Of a stretch of DNA of 64,000 nucleotides, positions 50,301 to 60,189 are shown one piece after another (position 1 is the first letter of the stretch; every line of letters begins with the position of its first letter). Source of the stretch: Gekko japonicus (lineage: Eukaryota); the NCBI RefSeq assembly GCF_001447785.1, contig NW_015176011.1:95219-159218 (forward strand), read 5' to 3'. The translations under genes were made by a program, and so were the position numbers. Under the pieces are notes generated by a model that was not told where the DNA came from, made no database searches, and saw nothing but the letters and a program-made list of their open reading frames with translations.

Positions 50301-51231
50301 TTTTTTTTGCACCTAGCAGAGTTAATTAAATTGCCCTCTTCGCAGCCAGCAAAGCCGTGTTTCTCTAGCAAGACTGATTCCATCTTTTTCTCCTGTCTCC
50401 TTATTGGGCGTCCCTCCCTCCCGCTTATTGTCATCTGGCCTGGTCAAAATCCAGTTCCTCCAGCAGCTTGCAATGGTCTGATTTCTTCCCAGTGATGCTA
50501 AGGGAGTGCTTTTTAACTTTTGGATTCGACCTTGGGAGAATGGGCCTTCCCGCACTCTTTGTCCCATCTGAGTGGAACAAAACCAGCCTCTCACTGGGCA
50601 TCCAGGTGGTCCCTTTTAAATGCAGTTGAGGAAGAAATGCGCACAAACCTAGCTTGGAGTCGAGCTCACATGCCTCCCTATGTGGAGGGAGTTAACCTTT
50701 AATGGTGATTCTTGAGAAGGTGGGAACATACTGTGTTGGTGCATGTTTTTCTTTCGTCTTCAATGTGACGGGTGAATGCCGCCCTGGAGATGGCATTGTA
50801 AGGTTTCGCCCAAGCCAAAGCCCCACGTATCGCGCTCGTCTATTTTGGGACTGGCAAAGCATAATTTTCATCAGGTTCTTAAACTTCAAAGGCATTTCCG
50901 TTCCCCAGGATGAAATGTCTCCTTAGCTCATTAGCTAACCGGATTTGCTGCAGGAGGTGAGCTCTTCCCCACCCCCACTTTGCCGGGTTAAAAATCTTTT
51001 ACACTGTAGAAGGAAATACACTCCATGTGAGGGGGTCAGGAGAAGATGGTTTTGCTCCCCCCCCCACTCTGACTAGTCGCTTTTGGTAGAGAAACAAGCC
51101 ATCTCCCAGCAGCCCTTAGCCCCACACGAGAGGCCACCGCCATCAGTCCGTCCCAGGTTCTCTGATCTCCTTGACCCCAAAAAGCCTTTGTCAGGATTTG
51201 GTTGACTACCTGAGAGGCTGAAAATAGCCAC

Positions 51232-51553
51232 TGCAGGCTGTGGGAGGTCGGTAGTCCAGCAGTTCGAGACCCGAGTGTGCCGCATGACGGAGTGAGCTCC
51301 CGTCTCTAGTTCCAGCTCCTGCCAACCTAGCAGTTCGAAAGCAAGAAATTGCAAGTAGATAAATAGGTACCACTTCGGTGGGAAGGTAACAGCGTTCCGT
51401 GCACCTTGGTGTTTAGTCATGCCGGCCACATGACCACGGAAACGTCTTCGGACAGCGCTGGCTCTTCGGCTTTGAAACGGAGATGAGCACCGCAACCCTA
51501 GAGTCGGACTTGACTGGCTTTCGAGCAAGGGCAACCTTTACCTTTACCTTTTT
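51232..51553 (+). mobile_element. Sauria SINE (5' truncated)
   Basis: Near-identical to 42388-42705; TSD AA(A/G)TAGCCAC. Confidence 0.9.
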
Positions 51554-51921
51554 AAGTAGCCACCAGGGGGAGCCAAGACAAACTATCTGGACCACCGCCC
51601 TTCGGAAAACAGGAAAAGGTTATGCAAGGGGTGGGTATGGAAAGTGCTTCCAGTCGTGGCTGACATGTGGCAGCCTCATAGGGTCCTCAAGGCAAGAGGC
51701 GTTCAGGCCCTTTCCGCACTCTCCTTTTAATCCATGCTCGCCATGGTGTCCTCCAAGCAATTCTGCACTAAAATCAAATTCAGCCTTTTTATGCCGGGTC
51801 TCTTCCCCCTTCTGCATGACATTGCCTCCCTTCCGTGGACTGCCCTGTTTCAGCCTGCCGTTGCCCTGGGTTATCTGGAGGCTGTTTTGCCCTGGACTTA
51901 AATTGCTTTGACTCAAACACA

Positions 51922-52616
51922 TTCTGGTTGTCGTGTTGATGGCTCGCTCCCAGTATTCGGTATGATTAAGCCCAACAGGAGCAGAACACGGTGCCTGGTC
52001 ATGCTGGACGAGTGATTAGTGGTGAATATCGGGTCTGGTAGCAGGCCCGTAGCTAACGCGGGGCCCGCGTTTTAATGAGGCGGTTTTGCCATTGCTCGCC
52101 TCTGCGTGGCGACCCTAGCATTCGTGGGTGGTCTCCCATCCGAGGACTGACCAGGGCCGATCCTGCTTAGCTTCCGGGATCTGACAAGATGGGGCTCCCC
52201 TGGTCCATGAAGATATCCTGGCCAACGAACGAAAGGGCTGTCTTCTCCCCGCCCGCCCCCCCCCAGACCCGGGCTTTGAAAAGCAGGGTCCCTAATGGAG
52301 AGACGAACCTAGAAATGGAAGGATGCTGTTAAAGGGGGTGTGTGTGTGCCAGACCCCAGTTAGTCACCCCTCCCATCACTGGGCGTAGAGAAGCATTAAG
52401 GTTTTTGACATGTTTTTATATGGTATTTGTTTGAAGTGCGGGTTTAAAATAAACTCTCTTTGCTGTATTTCTGGTTGTTGTGTTGATGGCTCGCTCCCAG
52501 TATTCGGTATGATTAAGCCCAACAGGAGCAGAACACGGTGCCTGGTCATGCTGGACGAGTGATTAGTGGTGAATATCGGGTCTGGTAGCAGGCCCGTAGC
52601 TAACGCGGGGCCCGCG
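51922..52616 (+). repeat. 148-bp direct duplication near gap
   Basis: 51922-52069 vs 52469-52616, one mismatch. Confidence 0.85.
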
Positions 52617-54873
52617 GGGCCTGGCCCCCTAGCAGTTTTGATGGGCCCCCTTCCTGAGCCTCGGCTCCCCTACCCCAACTCCCCTGATTGCCTGTCAGCC
52701 TGTTGGCANNNNNNNNNNNNNNNNNNNNNNNNNNNNNNNNNNNNNNNNNNNNNNNNNNNNNNNNNNNNNNNNNNNNNNNNNNNNNNNNNNNNNNNNNNNN
52801 NNNNNNNNNNNNNNNNNNNNNNNNNNNNNNNNNNNNNNNNNNNNNNNNNNNNNNNNNNNNNACAGGGAAAACAAAACCAGGTGCCAGGAGGTAGACTGCA
52901 CTGAGGAACAAGCAGAAAGGTCAGAGCCAGGGAGGAATCCTTGCCACCACGAAATGCCCCCGTCTTGTTCTGCGGCTGGCTTCCTGGGTGCACGTGAGCA
53001 AAACCCAAAAAGCAGGGCCTGTTGCGCCCTGGGACATGCACGCTCTTTATTTTATATCCCATGGGGACCCAAAAGCATCACATGTCATTCTCCTGCCCTC
53101 CACTTTTATCCAGACAACAAATCAGTGAGGTTGGTTAGGTTGAGAGCTTCCATGGGAGAGTGGAGATTCGAACCTGGGTCTCCCAGAGCCTAGTCCACCA
53201 CACTAACCACTCAACCACACTGGCTCTCCATTAGGAGTAGATCCTTCAAAAAGGCAGCAATAACGCCCCCAAAGATGGCAATAGTGGGACTTGTGACCCG
53301 GCAAGTGGAGCTCTGCAACCTCGGAGTGTCCCAATCCGTGGCTGGAAGACCACTGCCCTACACCCCACCTGCGGGACTTTACTCTGGCTTCTTGCAGATC
53401 CTGCCTCTTCCAGGGTCTTTTGCCATGGCCTCCTGTGCTGAAACGCAGCCTAGCTGAAATGAACACATTCCCTTTCCTCTGTTTATCCCAGCCTCCATCT
53501 CTCCTTGTCTTCTTGTACTCTATAAACCAGCGGGCATGTTGAGTTTAAATAATAAGAATAGATGCAGGGTATGGAAGACACTCCCAAAGGAAGAAAATTT
53601 AATGGGGCTCGGTTAACACGGAGCTTCTCCACCACTCTTTGCTGAACTGACTCAGCGTTTGCTACTCTTACCGGCAGTGGCTTTCCAATGTGTACCCGCT
53701 TGTTCCCAAAGCGACAGATGTCTGTGTTACTGGCAAGATTCAGAACGCCTGGATCCAGTCCTTTGTGATGGGCTGCGTGCAGACTCAAAGCTTGCATTAG
53801 TCTCTCTCAGCTGCTGCTGCTGCTGCTCGTGGACTTTCCCAACGGTGGTTTTCAAACGTCCTGGTCCCCTAGAACCCCCTTCCATGTTAATGGGTCTGCT
53901 GCAAGGACCCCTCTGCAGGGCTCCGGAGGTGGCCTAGATCGGCCACGTGCCCCAGAATGTGTTATCGTGTTCTTGGGACTGCGAGCGGCAGCAGCTTAGT
54001 CATGGTAGCCCAGCTGCCTGTTAAGGAAGCTTCCCTCCCATTGTTCAGCATAAGCTGATAAACTTGTCTGAGGAACACCGAGAATGGCTCTAGCCTGAGC
54101 CCCAGGCAGGGCACAAGCAGCAGCTGGAACGCTGGGGGATAATAACTGGTATTCTCAAACTGCAGTGCCTGATAAGTGTTTGCGGTCAGTAGGGAGGAAG
54201 GAAAGCTTCCTACAAGGATNNNNNNNNNNNNNNNNNNNNNNNNNNNNNNNNNNNNNNNNNNNNNNNNNNNNNNNNNNNNNNNNNNNNNNNNNNNNNNNNN
54301 NNNNNNNNNNNNNNNNNNNNNNNNNNNNNNNNNNNNNNNNNNNNNNNNNNNNNNNNNNNNNGCTGAATCTTGCAGTATCTGAGTGTGCGATATTTACACA
54401 GCAGGTTAAGAGTATTCAGAGGATTTCCTCCACTCGCGAGAAATGTCTGAGTGATGCTAGGTTCACGTCTAGTGCTGCCAACCTCCAGGTGGGGCCTGGA
54501 GACCTCCCACTATTACAACTGATCTCTAGACAATCCGTTCCCCCTGGAGAGAATGGCTGCTTTGGAGGGTGGACTGTAGGACATTGCGGCCTGCTGAGGT
54601 CCCCCCCTTTCCCAAACCCCGCCCTCCCCAGCCTCCACCCCCAAAATCTCCAGGTATTTCCCAACCCAGAGCTGGTAGCCCTATTCACATCCCTGTTTAA
54701 GCATGAAGCTCATTCCAAGAGCAAGCCTTTGGAAGCCCCCCGAGCTCCAGTACTTCCCTCTCTGCCCACCTATGACCACCATCAACTGAAAGGACAAACC
54801 AGGAAGCTGCCTGCTCATGAGCCGTACGCGAGAACTGGGCACCCGAATGCCTAACTTTCCTTGCAGGATTGTT

Positions 54874-54992
54874 AAGAACATAAGAACATAAGAGATGCCA
54901 ATGTTGGATCAGGCCAAAGGCCCAACTGGTCCAACACTGTATCACACAGTGGCCAGAAATACCAGTGCCATCAGGAGGTCCACCAGTGCGGC
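54874..54992 (-). mobile_element. CR1 3' end flanked by a 101-bp direct duplication
   Basis: (AAGAACAT)n tail; flanks 54773-54873 and 54993-55093. Confidence 0.75.
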
Positions 54993-55638
54993 TGACCACC
55001 ATCAACTGAAAGGACAAACTGGGAAGCCACCTGCTCATGAGCCGTACGCGAGAGCTGGGCACCTGAATGCCTAACTTTCCTTGCAGGATTGTTGAGGTGA
55101 ACTAGAGGTTGACTGCTTACACAACCAAATCCCAGCGACACCTTACAGACGGACAACATTTATTTCAGTATGAGGTTTTGTGAGTCTCCGCTTACTAGGA
55201 TCCTGAGAAGAAAGGTGGGGTAAAAAGAAAATGGGCAGAGAGAGGACTGGGGGAGGGGATGAGAGCCAAGCAACGACTCCACGGCAAAGGTGGGGTTTGG
55301 ACCAGGACACTCTGTGACCCTTTAGTGAGCTGCCGTCTGGTCAAAGGCAAGGCAAGCTGAATGGGGGGCAGAGCCACTGTTGGTGTGCCGAATACCTGAA
55401 TGATCACACATACACAATGGAAAAAAATTGTTCAGATCATATATTTTTGCAGCATGGTATTTAAAGAGACTTAACACAGATTTTTAATCTTTCCACCGCC
55501 TTTGGTGACGCCTGCCTACGATGCACACAGAACATTGCAGTGGTCTTGGAGTTACATCAACACTGGGAGGTACCAGAATGAACACAGAGTAGTAAAAGAT
55601 GCTCAAAATCCAGTGCGGGAGGGTGGGGCGTTCAGCAG

Positions 55639-56017
55639 NNNNNNNNNNNNNNNNNNNNNNNNNNNNNNNNNNNNNNNNNNNNNNNNNNNNNNNNNNNNNN
55701 NNNNNNNNNNNNNNNNNNNNNNNNNNNNNNNNNNNNNNNNNNNNNNNNNNNNNNNNNNNNNNNNNNNNNNNNNNNNNNNNNNNNNNNNNNNNNNNNNNNN
55801 NNNNNNNNNNNNNNNNNNNNNNNNNNNNNNNNNNNNNNNNNNNNNNNNNNNNNNNNNNNNNNNNNNNNNNNNNNNNNNNNNNNNNNNNNNNNNNNNNNNN
55901 NNNNNNNNNNNNNNNNNNNNNNNNNNNNNNNNNNNNNNNNNNNNNNNNNNNNNNNNNNNNNNNNNNNNNNNNNNNNNNNNNNNNNNNNNNNNNNNNNNNN
56001 NNNNNNNNNNNNNNNNN
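55639..56017. other. Assembly gap (others: 2341-2474, 13761-13891, 21949-21977, 28360-28634, 34200-34209, 52709-52861, 54220-54361)
   Basis: N runs. Confidence 0.99.
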
Positions 56018-56909
56018 TTCAGCAGGGTCTCAGGAGGGGGAAGGTGGACAGTACACATCACATTCAATTCCTTCCACTGAAATCGGTCTTTGCTCACACA
56101 AGTTGCTGAGTGTGGACTTTAAAAAAAAAATACATCTTACCACTCTGGCTTTCTGTAAAGTGACTATTGCTTTTTTAGAAACCAAACAAACCACACCATA
56201 CGTATCCCTGAAGATTGCTGCTTCCACAGCAGCGTTCACATACTCAGTATTGTGCAATTGGATTCAAGTGCTAAGAAATCTACAGCTTGGAGGGCAGGGG
56301 ACCTTCCCACTTTAGAGATGAGGAAACTGAGGCACACAGGTAACTTGACTAAGGTGTATTGCCCAGCCGAAAGAGCATCAGCCTCCGCCTCCCGAGGCTT
56401 CAGTTGCCAGCGTATCTTACATCTGCACTGCCCGTGGCAGAGGAGGGGTTCTGAACAGACTGGGAAGCGTGGACTAAGAGTTTCTTCTGCAGCTCAGACA
56501 AGAGACTTATTTACATACCACATCGAACGGATTGTCTCAAAAACTCAACTCCCGGCAAATTGTCCTGCACACAAGAAACAAGGCTGCTCAGGTCTCACCT
56601 TGCAGTGGAATATTGCTACTCTTGACAATAGATTAGGCTACAGTGAACACGAAACACCAAATTAGTCTACTAGAACATCATTCACTTATAAGGCTACAGA
56701 AGTGACACATTTTGTTGGCAGAACTGCTAACAGATGGGCCGTTGTTTTCCAGCTTCCTCCAGCTTCTGGGAGAGAAGCTGCCTGGTGTTTTCTTTCTCGG
56801 AGCGGTCTCTGGTGCAAGCAGCGCCACTGAGGTATAGCTTGAGAAAGCTGGCGCAGATATTTTTAATTTCCAGGGAAAGGCCTGCGTTCTGTCAAAGGTG
56901 AGTGCTTCC

Positions 56910-57079
56910 TTAGGCATGTGGGCCCTGAGTTCCTTTGGAAGCCGATTTCTGCTTCTGCCTCTCTTTGTCCTCTAACTCAAACCCAGAGCAGCAGATAGAT
57001 CTGCCCGGGGGATACCGGCCACAGCATTTTCTCATCTCCTGGAGGACGGCTTCACATTTGGACTCCATGTAATTGTTGG
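56910..57079 (-). CDS. CMC4: CMC4 coding exon 2 (75 aa total protein)
   Basis: (A)NNYMESKCEAVLQEMRKCCGRYPPGRSICCSGFELEDKERQKQKSASKGTQGPHA*; acceptor tttttctag|. Confidence 0.96.
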
Positions 57080-58236
57080 CTAGAAAAAGTAAAAGTGGGA
57101 AGAGGGCAGGCGGTGAATGAAATGCAAAAGACTGCTGGGTGCAACGGCTCCGCAGGCTGCATTTTAAGATCTATTTTCTGTTTTTTGTACTTGCATCCTG
57201 CTTTTCTCCACGACGGGGATCCAGAGTGGCTTACACCATCCTTTTCCCATTCCATTTTATCCTTACAACTACCCCCCCCCCCAATAGCAGGTTAATGTGA
57301 AAGGGAGTGGCTAATCCAAAGTCACTCAGCTCTCTTCCACAGCCGAGGAAGGATTTGAACCTGGGTCTTCCAGAACCTGGTCTGACACTCTAACCGCAGC
57401 CCCAGATCTTCTCTGTGCTGCTGCCATAGCTGATTCCTCAACCTCCTTCCCACATTTCATGATTGCAGGAGGAGCTGCTCCACGCACACTGCCCCCTTCC
57501 TGACTGTTCAAAGCCCGCTCCCAAGTGCAAGCACGATCCCTGTAGCCCAGCAGAAGCAGGCCAGAGAGTTTGTCTTCTCTGCTCCTGACGTTTCAGAAGA
57601 GCCTGGACATGTCGCCTCAACCCGTTCTCTCCCTGTCAGTCTCTCAGCTAAACGATTCAGAGGTCAGAATCACTTGCCAGTCGGTCAAGCTCTCCGCGGG
57701 TAGGAAGAGCCGGTGTTTGCACTGGCTTTTCAGGGCTCGCTCTTCCAATTGCAAGTCATTTGCCAGCATGACATCCTGCAAATGGAAATTCTGACCTTCC
57801 ATGTGACTCACAATGTACTCCTACCTGTTGCCTCTTGGCAACCGAGAACCTGACTCTCTCTGGAGTTTCAGAGTGTTCAAGTTTCAGGCAAACACGGCTA
57901 AGGCCTTGAGAAACTTCCTCCACAGCTCTCTGCCTGCAGGGTATCGGAGCTGTCACAGTGGCTCTCCAAAGGGAGGTGACTGCTGCCACCTGCCACGAAA
58001 TGGCCCCAATTTACTTTCTCCACTACATCCCTAGTGGATGTAGGAGGGTTCCAGGTGCTTGCAAACAAAGGCAAAAGACTACAGTCCTAAACTTGAGCGT
58101 TGTTCCTTCAACAACACCTTACTTTGAAGTCATCTTTGTTCACTCTTGCCGTTTCACCGCAAGAACAAACAAAACCTTGCATTGACGGAGGAGAATGGGT
58201 TAAACTGAAGCACAGCCAAAGGATACCACAGCATAC

Positions 58237-58294
58237 CTTGCAAACATTTCTGGATTTCGCAGGCTTGTTTCTGGCAGGGGTCTTTCTGAGGCAT
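58237..58294 (-). CDS. CMC4: C-X9-C motif protein 4 (p8 MTCP1), coding exon 1
   Basis: MPQKDPCQKQACEIQKCLQ; acceptor ttttag| (exon begins 58302), phase-1 donor G|GTATGC. Confidence 0.96.
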
Positions 58295-58882
58295 GTCAAG
58301 AACTAAAACGACAGGGGGGAGGAAACACTGTGATCAGAGCCTGGAGAACGGGGAAAGAACAAGTTGGTCTTCTGATTTAAGCCTTATAAAGCCAATGAAA
58401 GCTTCATCCCTCAGATTCTGATGGTGCAGGACAGAGCCCTTTGGGATCTTTTCTGCCCCCCCCCATCCCGCTTTTCTGGCACAGCCAGGAAAGTTCCCTT
58501 TTAAAACCGCCTGCAGGCATGAAGCCACCTGGAAAGATGCCCGATGCCAGCCTGCATGGCATGAATGCCCCTCCCCCCATCCTCACTCCCCCAGACTAAG
58601 TCGAGCAAAGACAATACAAGCACGGGACACATTTGGAAAGGCTTGTGCACAGAAACGTCTCGCGGGTATTCCTCTTCTTGCTTGGCTTTGGCTTGGTGCT
58701 TTTCCATCTGGCATGTCCTGGATTCCTCTCTGCTCGCCCTCTCCCCTTCCCCACAGTTCTGGAATGACGCTTAGAATAACACAGCAGTCTACTAGACCAT
58801 TTTCCCAGTAGAATAATATCCGTGTGTTTCTCCTGCATTGTTGGAAAGCCTAGCACGTCAGGGGACTGTGTATGTCAAAGAT

Positions 58883-58888
58883 TTTATT
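58883..58888 (-). terminator. Candidate polyadenylation signal of MTCP1
   Basis: AATAAA on minus strand between MTCP1 3'UTR and the CMC4 acceptor. Confidence 0.4.
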
Positions 58889-59656
58889 AGGATGGAGAAG
58901 CGTTCTTTGTGAATGTAGGGAACAGCCTCATCTTGGAAAGAAATTGGGGAAAAGAATCTAAAAATGGAGATGGTCAAAGTAAGCATTGCTATGTGTTGGC
59001 AGGGGGGATTGAGAGACCAGGGTCTCCCCTCCGAGTAAGTAAGGAATCAGTGCTCCGTAAAACTCTGGAAAGGACAACGTAACTCCTGCAACGGGTATGC
59101 AGGATAAGGAGCCAAATTAGCCAAACGCTCGCCCATTAAGTCGGCCGGCGCTTTTCTAGGCACTGGCCAGAAGATCAGAGCGATTTTGCTGGATCAGACC
59201 AGGAGTCCAACATTCCATCTCCAAGAATGGCCAGAGCTTCTGAGAATGTCACAAGCACGGCATACTGATGACTACTCTGCCCTGTTCTGGATCCCCCCCC
59301 CCCAAAAAAAACCCAACTGGTATCCTGACCAGCTTTCCAAGTGGGGAGGGGCGATGCCATTCTGCCTACCTAAAACTCCCCCTGTGATTTCAATTGGGCC
59401 AGGGCACTCTTCTGCCACTGCCTGTCCTAAGCTCTTGGATGGTGCTGCCACGAGCCATCAAAAGAGACGCCTGCCACACTCCGCCTCTGAGGCAGCTGCG
59501 TTCTACTGCTGGGAGTGACCACATAAAAACAAACAGGGACATCATCCTAGAGTCACAGCTCCTGAAAGACAAAAACCAGCATTAAAAGAACCTCTGGGAG
59601 CGGAAATGTGAGCACAAGGGCAGGAGGAAAGGGCAGGGGCATGCCACTCACCGGAT

Positions 59657-59704
59657 TTAATCGCTTGGCAGAAGTCTCAGGAGCAGCTCCTCCACTCCCA
59701 TGAT
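59657..59704 (-). CDS. MTCP1: MTCP1 third coding exon (111 aa total)
   Basis: IMGVEELLLRLLPSD* matches human VRGVQELLLKLLPDD; donor G|GTGAGT 5 nt after the stop; likely 3'UTR acceptor tctttcag| at 59562. Confidence 0.94.
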   Translation of the reverse strand: MMGVEELLLRLLPSD

Positions 59705-59790
59705 CTGTGAGAGACACAAAAGCAGTCAGGCCTTGGCTTTTACGCTGATGTACAGCAAAGGGAGGAGCCGTCGTTTCCATGCAGCCTTAC

Positions 59791-59961
59791 TTGCAAATGG
59801 TGTTCAATATCCCAGATTCGAAAGTTGCTGTCCCTGTACTGCTGCCCCTCCGAGAGCTGCCACATGTGGGGCAGCCGGGATGCAGGCAGGCGGCTGGGGC
59901 GGACGGCCTCGCCCAGGGGGACCGGGACTCTTCGGATCCGGGCTTTCAGGGTGCCTGCCTC
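59791..59961 (-). CDS. MTCP1: MTCP1 second coding exon
   Basis: EAGTLKARIRRVPVPLGEAVRPSRLPASRLPHMWQLSEGQQYRDSNFRIWDIEHHLQ; ctcccacag| and |GTAAGG. Confidence 0.94.
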
Positions 59962-60072
59962 CTGTGGGAGAAGCCCAGAGCGAGCAACATGAGCGACCGC
60001 TTTCATGAAACAAAAAAGGCCAACGCTCTCCAAATAATCAAAAAGACGATTGCTAAGAATGTTCTTACTTGC

Positions 60073-60189
60073 CTCTTCGGGTGCCACCAGCCATGTTTTC
60101 TGGTTTTCATCGCAATAGACACCTATCCGTCGCACCCAGAGGCGGACGGGCGGGGCTCTGGCATCACCACCTTCCTCTCCTTCTGCCAT
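60073..60189 (-). CDS. MTCP1: MTCP1 (p13, TCL1 family) first coding exon
   Basis: MAEGEEGGDARAPPVRLWVRRIGVYCDENQKTWLVAPEE, homologous to APPDHLWVHQEGIYRDEYQRTWVAVVEE; ends at GC donor AG|GCAAGT; upstream acceptor with ctaac branch point, exon starts 60253. Confidence 0.92.

Noticed and set aside
55502-56315. Long ORFs containing X runs (also at other gaps)
   Set aside because: Artefacts of translating N gaps
59740-60189. 149-aa single-exon MTCP1
   Set aside because: Reads through two introns; the spliced 111-aa model fits the family and restores the ELLLRLLP C-terminus
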